DNA of 61,546 nt, counting the filler, from Sphacelaria rigidula (lineage: Eukaryota): assembly GCA_964200075.2 (NCBI GenBank). It is 11 parts of 11 records of this genome, joined end to end, with 100 filler letters (N's around TTAATTAATTAA, not from the genome) between each part and the next. Parts side by side here need not be neighbours in the genome. Positions count along the whole stretch, not along the records: positions 50,439 to 55,942 come from CAXNAA020026788.1; positions 56,043 to 61,546 come from CAXNAA020026789.1; 9 more parts are not named here. One strand, given 5' to 3'. Numbering within the stretch: the stretch's first letter is position 1; every line of letters starts with the position of its first letter. This document shows positions 50,439-61,546 of this stretch, in pieces. A program made the position numbers and the translations under genes. The notes beneath the pieces are model-generated. The model did not search any database. It saw only the letters and a list, made by a program, of their open reading frames with translations, and was not told where the DNA came from.

Positions 50439-53400
50439 TTCAATTTACTCAAGAACACGAAACGATAGCCAAGGAGATGTTATCATCCTTGACCGGTACG
50501 AACGTGTTAGCATTTCCGAACTACGAAGATGCAGCGTTGGGAAAACGCCCATTTATGCTCACCACGGATGCATCTCTGGATGGTCTAGGTGCGGTGGTGG
50601 AACAACGACAAGAGGATAACACAGTTCGACCTCTTATTTTCCTTAGTCGAGGAACACTACCCAACGAGAGAAATTGGAGTGTGTCCAAACTAGAGGCAGC
50701 GGCTACTGTGTGGGCAATCAAAAAGAACAGACCACTATTCTACGGAGTGCCGTTTGAAATCTATACTGATCACCAACCTTTGCGAAAAAAATTTAGCCTT
50801 GCAGAAAAGGTTCCGAGAGTTAAGCGTTGGCACGACTTTTTAAGTGCGTACACTTATGAAGTTAAGTACAGGCCAGGACGCGTGAACGCGAATGCGGATA
50901 TGTTGTCTCGTTTACCACAGCCGCCTGATGATAATGATATATCTGGGGATGCCCGAATAACGGACCCGGGAGACATGGATGTCCATTTTTTTGGCGCTGG
51001 TGGAATATGGCCGAGAATTATAAAAAAAACTCGACCAGGGGTGAACATGTAGGGTCGGTGGTGAGTACCCACGATTCAAACTTGAATGGGCTAGACCCTG
51101 GATCGGTTTTTAAAAATTGGGGAAAAAGAAGTAAGTGCAGTACCGCTCACAACCTCTGAAAAAGCTGACCATAAATGGATCGAGCCACAAAGAGCGAAGG
51201 ATCGTATCAGTGCACGGGTGGAAAGTGACAAGGTGGAAAATTCTTCGTTTGTGGTAAAAGATGACACACCATTAATTTCTCCACAGATTAGTGACATGGT
51301 CAGAGGACAACGGGAACCGGGATTAATTTTGGATGCATGCCCGATCACGCAAATTGGGAGAAGACTACTGCAACCTCAAGAACATAGAGCCGTGTTAGTC
51401 ATTGAACCCACGACCAATGAAGGAAGTAGTAGTGCGGGACCATTAACAACGGTACAACCGACTCTCGAAGCAGAGTAAGCGTGTAACTTTGGGGAACGGT
51501 TATGCCAGAAATCGGCAAATGACTGGGCACAAATACAGCAGGAAGATCTCACGTCGAGAACAGTCATTGAATACTTGAAGAAACAAGTGACGGTGTTGAC
51601 TAAGGATCAAGAAAAGGGGGTTCCCACACGAATTGACCCATCCGAGTTAAAAAGGTTACTGAAACAAGGAACACTTTTGGAGGTCTCGAACGGTGGATTT
51701 TTATTAGTAAAAAAACAGACACCAATGCCCAGTCAGCTGGACCGAAATCCGGGACAGTTCGAGAGGTATTTAGGTGAAGAGCCAACCAGAACGTATGTGC
51801 CACTGCTTTTGAGACCTTGGGTAATGGATCAAACTCACAGAGAAGCGATTCATTTGGGGGAAGGTATCACCTTATCTTTGTTGAAGCGATATTACTGGTA
51901 GATTGGGATGAAGGACAGTGTTAAATTCTGGATCAGGAGATGTTATACATGTCAAGCTCGGAAAACTCCAAGAGATACAGCAAGGTGGCCACTTATTTCC
52001 TTACCACTGCCGAGTCAACCAGGGCAAATGGTTTCGTTTGATTTGTTCGGCCCGTTACCAAAATCGACAAAGGGGAGTACATACATTCTTTTGATGGTAG
52101 ATCTGTTTAGTAGACATGCGGAAGCGTATTCTCTTACCAAAGAAGAGAAAACAGCGGAAGGCTGTGCGAATATTCTAGCGCACGACTACATCCCGAGATG
52201 GGGATGTCCTCACACGCTATTGTCGGATCGAGGAACGGAATTTACAACAAAAGTGGCAAGGATAGTCTATGAGATGTTGGGAGCCGTGAAAAGATACACG
52301 AGTGCGTATCATCCCGAAACTAATGGGATGGTGGAGCGATTGAACCACACGCTATGCCAGATGTTGTCGTACCTAGTGGCAGATGACCAGAAAGACTGGG
52401 ATAAGCTATTGTTACACGCAATTTCTGCACACAACAACAATGTAAGTAGAGGAATAGGGTTAGCGCCGAATGAGGTGCATATCGGGAGATATCCAAGGTT
52501 ACCCATGACCATCCTAGAAAGAAAAGGTGTGGGAGGACACCAAGGCCTGAAGGCGGACCAACTTGAATATTTGCAGTTGATGAAGGATCATCAAACCAAA
52601 GTATACGATCTTGTAAGGCAAGAGGATTTTCTGATAAAATCCAAACACGAGGCAAATAATGAGCAGGTGGAAGAAGCTCTAAATCGAAAGCCAAAGTGGG
52701 AGATCGGCAATTGGATTTTTGTGTATGACACCAAGGGTACTATCATGTCAGGGAGAACTGCGGTACGCGAAGGGGGAAAAACAGCCTTATCGTCGAAACT
52801 ATCGCATTCTTGGCGAGGGCCGTATAAAATCTTGGTGGTGGGACCAGGTATTTCGGAAAAGGGAGAGCTAGTCGGAGAAAAACTACTGTTGCTTGAACTC
52901 CAGAAAAATGAGCCAGGGGCAATCATGAGTCCCCGAGTCTCTGTGTTGAGATGTAAGCGGTGCTTCAATCCAAAAGATGAACCGGAGCCGCCGAAGTCTC
53001 TACCCTGGGGGTTGAGCCAGTATGCGTTGAATCAATATTCGGAACTATCACCTCCGTTACACCTAACCGAGGAAGATGTGTCGATACAGCTAGACACGTA
53101 TAGGCTGAAGCCCACAAAAATTGTGGGTCACCGTTTATCCCGTGGTTTTGGGGGGGGGAAACTCTCAGTTCAGTACCTATTATATTGGGAGAATTTGGAG
53201 AGACCCAGGTGGGAACATGAGGAGGACATAAAACAATATGGACGAGTACTTTTCACGTATTGGATGGGAAATCCTAGAATGGACAAGCCAGACAACTCGA
53301 AGTATCGAAAGTACCGCATAAATTGGGCAACACGAGCGGAGGCTAGGGAAAGAGGAGAAATGTTTATGGCTCAGGGCTATGAGTTGAGAAGCAACGTCAC

Positions 53401-53530
53401 TGCTGGTCCGCATGTGTATGACCCGCAAATTGTCGGTTGTTATGTATATTATCGAATGCAGTCGGCGGGATGGCTTCTAGCCCAGGTGATGGGTCTGCAA
53501 GAGGATGCGGCGTCACAAGATTCTACATAA
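50439..53530 (+). pseudogene. Ty3/Gypsy pol: RNase H, integrase (HHCC, DDE, GPY) and chromodomain-like region; decayed
   Basis: LTTDASLDGLGAV...YTDHQPL...RPGRVNANADMLSR (RNase H); THREAIH...CYTC; SFDLFGP, SDRGTEF, NGMVERLN; WRGPYKI; KIVGHR...QYLLYWENLERPRWEHEEDI. RNase H before integrase is the Gypsy order. Stops at 51476-78 and 51899-901, and frame disruption around 51020-51120. Confidence 0.96.
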
Positions 53531-53774
53531 TTTGGGGGTGGTTTTGGCATCGGTACACGACAACGAGAAGGAGATGAAGCTGCGCTAGGAGAACAATGAA
53601 ATGGCTTGACATAGTTTCTCATATTAGTTCGAGTGTTTTTCTCTGTTTTACTTTGAAGTTCACTGCTGAAATAATTGTGTAGGTTGAACACAGGCAGTAT
53701 CTTTGAGGAAAGGGACCGATTTGTGGAGTTTTGGGTGGAAAAATCAGGGTACAAAAGTGAATCTCATGTATCTT

Positions 53775-54530
53775 GGGGGAGTCTGTTTTGTAGTGTCCAA
53801 GGTTCTGGAGCGGCTAGTTTGAGTATCAATTGGAAATATTGAGGCTCACCAGAGTTTTTGGCGTTTTAATTAGTATGTTTACCGAGTTTATCTAAGCAAA
53901 AGATGAAATTTAGGTTCACAGAATGGGCTGATGTGGTGAGCCAAGCTTAAGGAAGCTTTTTGGTCTTGAACTGAACCAGTTCTAGTTTGAAAATATGAAC
54001 GTATGCATCGGGGAATCGGGATAAAACATGATGAAATTATCCTTGTCCGGGGTATAAAGAAGGTTTTTGTGGCGTGTGAAGGCTTAGCGGACATTACTCC
54101 GGCTACGGGCAATAAGAACTCTGACGAATTCTATGTTGAAGTGGTAAAAGTAAGAAAAACTTGCGTTCCGGATCGGAAGGTCAGAGCAGAAGGGGTATCT
54201 TGAAGAGTAGATTCACAAAATAGGGCGTTTCTGAATCTACTTTTGGACTTCGTACAGCATAAACCAGCTGTCATTTGTGTTTGACGACTGAAGAGTGGGT
54301 TCTTATAGAGTTAACATCACAGGTTAGGTGGGCAAGTACGATTGAAGAGATGAAGAGACACCAAGGTGAAGACCGGAAGGTTTTCTGTCTTCACCCCCGC
54401 GAGTCACTCCTCTTTTTACGGTCTGTAGTTTCTGATTTGAAGATTGGTTTTGGGTGCATTTGTGGCATTATTATAGTGCAGCGACATCGGGGCGTCACCA
54501 GTAATATACTGAAAGAAGACTCAAAAAGCA
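53775..54530 (+). mobile_element. PPT and putative 3' LTR of the Gypsy element
   Basis: GGGGGAG at 53775 then TGTTTTG at 53784. Candidate end AAAAAGCA at 54530 (TG...CA); right boundary is tentative. Confidence 0.55.
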
Positions 54531-57070
54531 TATTTTCTCATTCTTGGCATATCAGTGCACGCATCTCATTTGGATTGCGTGTGAACAAGACGGCTGACCT
54601 TCATAAAAACAGCTGAACCTACATTTGGGATGAGAGTGAAGACCTCTCCCACGACAATACTGTACCATCTGCACCTGAACGGCGGGTCGTGTCACCACGT
54701 GCCTTGCGCACCACACATCGTGTCGATTTTCGCAACGTTTCATGTAAACCGCTCATTATGGCAAACACAACAGGTTGAACGACTGTTTTTTTTTTCCTTC
54801 ATCGTTTCGGGCGCAAGTGATGGCTGGGCGGATGTTGCCCCCTCGGTTTGCCTTGCGTTCATCGTTAGAAAATCTATCACGTCACATGAACGTATTCAGG
54901 TGTCTGTATCTTGTTTGTCTTGCCGCAGTTGCACGTTCGTCCAAGAACTATGAACGTCAGTCGAGTTTAGAATAAAGTGGTGGTCAGGTGTAGAAATCCA
55001 CGACAGTTACCACCTCGTCTCGACTGTTGTTGACCAAAAGTGGTAGTCAAGTGGAAACAAATCTGCGACTACCGGAAAATGCGAACGTGACACGGATTGT
55101 TCTACCGGAATTGACCATCTTGGCAGAAGAGTGTATGTGTAAAAAACAGAAACCTGCCACGACCAGAAAAAACCAAGGTATCCTCGAGTTTTTTCCCCCA
55201 CGAGTACAGGAAGCCATTAGAAACCGTCGATACCCCCCTGCCTCCCTTTCGGACGCAAAATGATACAGATGAACAAAAAAAAGTGCCACGAGCTGGGCGC
55301 GCAGTGAATCCCGGTTTGCCTCTCACACCGTAAGCTGTCTAGTTTTCGAAATCAGTCCGACTTGAGCATATCGGTATGACCTGCCGACCAACTTGGTAAC
55401 GCACGGGGCCGCCACTGAATGAAAAAAAAAGAAAACATGTACTGGATAATGCATCACCTAACCGACGGAACATATAAAAAGGCATCCGTCGGGATTCGAA
55501 CTCATGACCTCCATAATTGGAATCAACTGCAGCGCTTGGGTTCAATGTGCGCAGCCGTGCTACACGAAAAGTTGGATGCTGCGCCAAATTTCTGAAAGTT
55601 TTGGTCGCAATTGCACCAGGATCTTCTTCACTGAAGGACGCACAACTATAGTAGCGATGCCCACATATTCATTCCTTTTCACAGGGTTAGGCGGCTTCTT
55701 ATAGACTGAAAAAAAAACTGTCTGAGAACTGCCCTTATGCTTTCATCACGGATTATTGGCGGAATACGGGCCTTGGCGGATTTGGCCTCCTCGGAAAGAT
55801 TTGCTCCATTTGTCACGAGGATTCCAGCACGCTTCTTCGATATTTCGTACTCCCAGTTTTACCCTTGGCCTATAGCCTCTGCCAGACGATCTGGACAAGA
55901 GGGCTATTCAGTGAGGGACTTCTCCAGAATCCACTGGCCTCANNNNNNNNNNNNNNNNNNNNNNNNNNNNNNNNNNNNNNNNNNNNTTAATTAATTAANN
56001 NNNNNNNNNNNNNNNNNNNNNNNNNNNNNNNNNNNNNNNNNNCGAACTACTAGGGAATGCAAAATGAGGAGTACCCCCCCCCCCCCCCCACCCCCAGCAT
56101 TAAGGTTCAAACCAAGCACTGAGGATCGAATTCGTTGATGGTAGGCAGCACGTTAATGCTATCGCTATCCCCTTCAACAATCGCCCCGGCGTGCCCTACA
56201 GCCGTGCACCGCCCAGGCAACTATTCCCGAAACATTCGAGCGCACGCCTTCCCGAAAATAGGTTCCAAACGCAGTAGGTACCCCTGTATTACCTCTGCTC
56301 CAGGTTGCTCAAAATCACCACCAGCTTCGGACACACAAAAAACAGCAACAAATACGACGGTGCATCTACGCTATGAAACAGACGCCATGGTGCATGTTGC
56401 AATATAATTCACCAAACTCAGTTTCGCTCAGCACCGAAATCTTTTTTGTGTGAAATACACAAGGATTTACACACCTGTACATCTTTTACACTAGCTCCTG
56501 AATCCTACAACGACGTTTCTGAATTCTGAGTAGTGATGCAGAAGTGCTGCAGCCTAACGACGCACACATACAAAATGAGGACGGGAAGAAAGGTCCTGCA
56601 ACAATTGAGGACTACAGCATTCATGCACCATGGATTCCACAGCATTTCTTCAAATACTTGCCAGCAAAAAAACTTTGGTACCGCGTCGGAAGAGTACGAT
56701 ACGTACTTAATAGCAATCGGTGAGAAGCAACCACGGTACCACTTACACACCAACTCGGTTTGTTAACGCCACTACTACCTCGTAATACGTAATGCAGATC
56801 AACCCTACCTTCAGGCAGGTTATTATCATGTGCCCAGTTCCACAGCATATGAGGTACACGTCGACAGTAGATACAACAACGAAGAAATACACGCATACGT
56901 CAAACCATTAATGAATCATGACGAAAGTGTGAAATGATTTTGTCCACTTCAATCCCCGCACAATTGTTCGATACCTCCACCACCAAGCTGTCAAGGATAC
57001 AAACCAAACAGCCGAACGCACGACCCTCTTCGAATTCCCCCAGAGCACCTCCCCCGAATCCTTGTTTCAC

Positions 57071-58017
57071 CTCCGCCACAGCATGGACGCCAATACCCTG
57101 GACCCGAAACATACCGCTATCACAAAAACCGCGGACCCCCCCGCGGTACCACCCCCCATCCATTCTCCGGGCAAACCGACCAATACCCCGCTTGTTTCAG
57201 AAGCAGAAGGAGCTAGCACGTTCGCATCACCAGACTCGCCACCAACAGGTGCCGCAGTAGCGTCCACGTCGCCCAGGTTTGGCGGGGCAAGTGCGAACGG
57301 AGAAGGGGTCGCCACTGAAGTAGGGATCAACGTGGAACTAGCACTATCGGAAATTTCTTCACGCTGGCCCGAACTATCATCGGAGGTTGTTTGTCGCTTG
57401 CCATTATCATTATCATCACCTCCACCATCATCATCATCTATAGTGCTGAACATTGAGTCAGAATCAGGCACCGAGGTTGTTACAGCGTCATCATTTTCTT
57501 CCTCTTGTCCCCCTTCGTGCTGCTCTCCCGAGCTGCCGGCGGATGTCGCGGCTGATAGAGGAGACGGGGCAGCAGTGGCGAGGGCGATGATACGACTCGC
57601 GCTGCCGGAACCCGAAACCATCCCAGACTCCGTTATCGAAACCGTTGGCGCCAGGGTTGCTTCAACAACCTCATCATCATTATCACCATCATCATGATAA
57701 CTACTGACAGGTTCCCCCCCAACAACCACAGAACTGCTGGAAGCATCAGAGCCAGACAGGCCGCTACTGCCGTTGACACTGCCATCATCATTGGGGATCC
57801 CATATGTGCTTATATAGCTCCCTCCGATGGATACAGTTGGCGACGGGGTCGGGACGATATCAGTCTGCACGTCCAGGGATATCGCTGCAAAATCTTGGAC
57901 CCCGTTCGATGGAATTTCTGCAAAGATAGAGCCCTCGGATGTACCGGCGAGCGTGGCTGAACCGCCGCGGGGAACGGCAGCGATGGCCGTTATCCAGTCA
58001 CTCTCGCTTGTTCCCTC
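57071..58017 (-). CDS. Large exon: Ser/Thr/Gly/Asp-rich stalk plus transmembrane helix (single-pass membrane protein, unknown function)
   Basis: Stop-free from acceptor ACGCAG (58018) to donor AG|GTGAAA (57070). Low-complexity S/T/P/D/G sequence, then hydrophobic SAVFVIAVCFGSRVLASMLW and basic RR. Confidence 0.75.
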
Positions 58018-58290
58018 CTGCGTATTTTTCGGGGTGTATGAAGATGGCATGTGTGGTGTGTGAGCGAGGTCGGACAAGCAGGAGGTTTCCCTAAATCTCT
58101 CAGTACTGCTTGGCGATCTTACAAGTAAGAGGTTTTCTTCGTCTTCCCGAAAGCGCTGTGCATTACCACGCATTTGCACATGCACGGCACATGCACGAAC
58201 TGAATATCCGCGGGGGGTGGACTGCGGGTCAGAGCTTGGACCGAATACGGAGCAGATTTGCGGCCCACATCTCGAAAAGGTTTCGACGTC

Positions 58291-58543
58291 GAGTGATGCT
58301 ACGGTAGGGTTGCAGGTTTTGAGCGAAAATGTTTCTCGGGGTGTTGCACGCATGATTTTGGGAATCGTCATCATTTTCACTTGAAATAGACTGAAAATGA
58401 TGCCGATTCATGAAAAGGCCCCTTTGTACATCTCCATGTCCTGTCCCCGGAGATGTGGGTAGCACAGTAAGCCCCATATATTTGGGCTCCTACGAAAACG
58501 AGACCCAGAAACAAAAGGTTTAACCCCTATCGTAGCATTGGTC
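58291..58543. mobile_element. MITE, ATGCTACG-TIR family, perfect 4-bp TSD (Sola-like)
   Basis: GAGTGATGCTACGGTAGGGTT ... AACCCCTATCGTAGCATTGGTC flanked by CGTC/CGTC. Confidence 0.8.
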
Positions 58544-58586
58544 CGTCACAAACAGCTTCCTAGGCAATCTACTGCACGAAGAAAAA

Positions 58587-58664
58587 CTTGCGACGTGTCA
58601 CTCGGCGCTCGCTTGCGACGTGTCACTCGGCGCTCGCTTGCGACGTGTCACTCGGCGCTCGCTT
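58587..58664. repeat. 25-bp tandem repeat x3
   Basis: CTTGCGACGTGTCACTCGGCGCTCG at 58587, 58612 and 58637. Confidence 0.95.
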
Positions 58665-60698
58665 CCTAGGCTTCCTCTCTGGCTCTTTTTTTCCGACCCT
58701 ATAGTCACGGACGCCAAACGCGCCGCATGTATCTGTGCCCTAGTGTTGTTGCGCCATCATGGAGCAAAGAGAGGCGAACGCACCCCCTGTTGCATCACCC
58801 GCAGCTTATTTACTCTGTCGCACTATGCCCCCCATGTTGCGTGATCTGACCACCATCTCGCATCTGTAGCAGGGATATCCGACGGGTGCCTAATGTACCA
58901 ATACCAACGTCGTGGATGCCAAAGTCTGATACGCCCCAAACGAGCAAAGCGGCACATCACATGAACACTAGTTCGGGCGGATCTCGTGGGTTCGAGCCCC
59001 GAGAGCTTCCGACGTACGAGAACGTGAGGAGGAGGGTCGGGAAGAAAATTCGACGAGCGATGACGGCCTTCAGAGGGGGCTGTTCCAATGATCAACGATG
59101 ACACAGCGTGCACGGCCAAGGACCGTGGGAGAGATGGAGAGGTTGGTCTCTTCTACCCACAGGCTTGTGCCGAGAAAGCGAAGGGGGTTACAACAAGTGC
59201 GACAAGAACATACGAATGCGTTAGCAATGCAGTCGGTTTTATTACCTGCCAGCGCCACAAGAGTTCCCCATCCGAAGACAGCTTCACCGCTGCCATGTCC
59301 GAGCCTCCGGCGGACGTGCCGCCCCAGTTCCCCTCTGTGTAGCCCGCTAGGATGATAGACCCATCTTCCGTTACGGCTGTCGCAAAGATTTTGTCTGCCA
59401 GTGGGGTTCCTTCCTAGGTGTTGTTTGGTTTGCAACGAGATGAAAGATGACAGAGGAGTCATTGTCTACAACAGTCATGTAAATACCACAAGACAAATAC
59501 ATCAAGTTTGAGTTTTGATGATCTATAAAGTGTAAAGCAATGTCAGCTGGACAAAAGTGAGGATTTACAGTTTGACGACTATGAAAATGTTGAGTTCAGC
59601 CATCATGTGAAACCGCGAACATTTTCAACATCTGAGTTTAGAGCATGAAAGCCGAAACGGGTATGAGGATTGACGCTATCTCGAAGTCGGCCTTAGGATG
59701 TGACCCGGTTGTTTGAAGCGGAAAGGCCAGTCCACCTCTTGACAAAAAACAAATCGAGTATCAACTTGAGCCATTTGCTTGTTTCATCAGTAGGTGGGGA
59801 GAAGTGGCTGAAAGGTGACACTGCTTCTGTATGGTATCGCAATATTTGACCTGTTGGCTACTTTCATCGCCACCCCGTCTCGGCTTAGCAATATCTCAAT
59901 TCCCCCTCGAGCCCCCTTATCCGACCAAAACTGCCTTGGGCAAACACCACCCCAAGATTAAAATGTGCCTCTTTTGCCTGCGTGCGTACCAGCATCGCGT
60001 TTGAGCCTGAACTGTTTTGGTCGGTAAGGGGGCCGTCTCTGAATGAATCGTACGTTCTTCGCCAGTATAAGCGACGAAAAATGCATCATGTTACAACCTT
60101 CGAGTGAGAGGCACTTCGTCCAACACAAGCAATACAACACAATTTCATACGTACTCTTACAAAAAAAAGTCGCGTACAGGAGACTTTAAAACGCACGGGT
60201 ACGTGCTGCTGACCCGCATCGCACCTGCCATCGCCACAACTCGAGCCCGTCCTGGTCAAGCTTTACGGCGGCGAAATCCTCCTCTCCCGCATTTACTTCG
60301 TCCCAATCTCCGGCGGTGTGTCCGGCCATTACCACGTTGCCGTCGCGGCCTACTGCTACGGAGGTGAAGTAGTCCTCCGCAGTCGTTCCTCCCTAATATT
60401 GGTAATCAAAATCGAGAGAAAATGGCGAGAGTTCAACATGCTGCTTGCTTGGTACAAGCCTCAACCACACGAAAAAGAAAAAAGGGTGCCGGTGTCACGG
60501 GAAGCTTGTGGGAAATGCCGCGGTACTGCCCCAGCAATACGCCACACAGACTACGAAAGTGACTATGGAGTGGAACGGCACTATACGTGTATGGTGCTCG
60601 AAAGCCTGACATGTACCATTTCACGCCAACTCCGAAAACAAGCGCTATTCCATGACGCACATGGAGGTATCTCCAGGCATTTCACAGGGCACGCGCGC

Positions 60699-61180
60699 GG
60701 CGGGGCGCGGGGTACTCATGATCTTGCATGCCGTAGTCATACGTCCGTTGACCTCCCATCCGTACAAAGCCGGGACAGAGCACGCCGGGCTTTCGCCGGA
60801 GCAGGCTCGCACTCAATCACCAAGCGCAAAGCGCCGTGATGTGTTCGGCGAGTCGAATGAAGGGCGAGCTGCATCCTGCTAAGATTGTTCGGCCCCAAGC
60901 GTACTGAATATCGTGCATTTGGATGACAGCCTCCAATGAGTTGCTTCATGTTCTGGTATCGCTACTTCGAGAGACAGCCACGGCTTACACACTGCCTCAT
61001 GGGTGTCTCACCATTTCAAAACTACTACGTAGTTTGGTGATCCCCTTTGCATGAAATGGAGGTTCTCCCACCCCGCACAATATAGGCTAGCTCGACAAAC
61101 ATCATGGGTACCGCCAAAAAAACGGTAACCTGCCTAGCTTACGCAGTCAGGGGTGTGGTCTGGGGGAGGGTAGGGGTAGT
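60699..61180 (-). mobile_element. LINE 3' end, subfamily B
   Basis: Collinear with 11597-12115; G tract + GTACTC junction at about 60712; G-rich tract at the far junction. Confidence 0.75.
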
Positions 61181-61546
61181 TTGTAGCTGCTACCCTCACC
61201 ATGGCGCATAGGTACTGTTGCCTGTTATTTCGAGACACTGCCGTTTTCTAAAGTCCAGAAGCACATGATCTCAGCGTCCTGTCGGCCTCTTCGCTGCATG
61301 TTCATTTTCCTGCTTACGTACACATTGCGCGTTCACATATTCTTGCTTGAAGAAATAGATATGCCAGTATGTGCTCTGTTAGAAAATGAGGCTGTGGAGC
61401 CATGCTCTTCATCGCTTCGTATGGTATTGACTTTATATATATATATATATGTAGTGTTGGGATCGCAGGTACCGGTCACGAAGGTTTGGTCTGATGTGAG
61501 GGTATGATGTGGGGTAGCAGTTGTGATACATGAATCACTCTCCTCG

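Noticed and set aside
51899..51901. Programmed stop read-through in Gypsy pol
   Set aside because: TAG replaces an expected Trp (YYW-W) and other stops and frameshifts are present, which indicates ordinary decay.
58018..58380. N-terminal part of the 437-aa ORF 57067-58380
   Set aside because: It starts inside the MITE at 58291-58543 and lies upstream of a clear acceptor, so it is probably intronic read-through.

Overview
This is not a contiguous locus. It is 11 unrelated, length-sorted eukaryotic contigs (5505, 5505, then nine of 5504 bp) joined by ten artificial 100-nt linkers (44N-TTAATTAATTAA-44N), so neighbourhood across linkers carries no meaning. Short GT-AG exons in roughly 0.3-2 kb introns, plus the repeat landscape, suggest a repeat-rich algal genome, probably a brown alga (inference). 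Host gene fragments reconstructed with in-phase splice sites: an ABC1/UbiB atypical kinase (4 exons), a MORN-repeat protein (5-6 exons), a patatin/iPLA2-gamma-like phospholipase (2 exons), a His/Gly/Arg-rich terminal exon and a Ser/Thr/Asp-rich exon with a transmembrane helix. Mobile DNA dominates: a spliced hAT transposase, a decayed chromodomain Ty3/Gypsy pol with its 3' LTR, other LTR and Copia remnants, a tRNA-derived SINE and several MITE families. The most unusual signals are (i) about 12 5'-truncated LINE ends with almost no 3'UTR that finish in oligo(C) and sit in G/C tracts, (ii) a spacer-less 92-bp palindrome of head-to-head tRNA-like Pol III heads seen on two contigs, and (iii) one dyad motif shared by MITEs with three different end/TSD types. 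No prokaryotic system, CRISPR array or rRNA is present. I found no clearly new multi-gene system.
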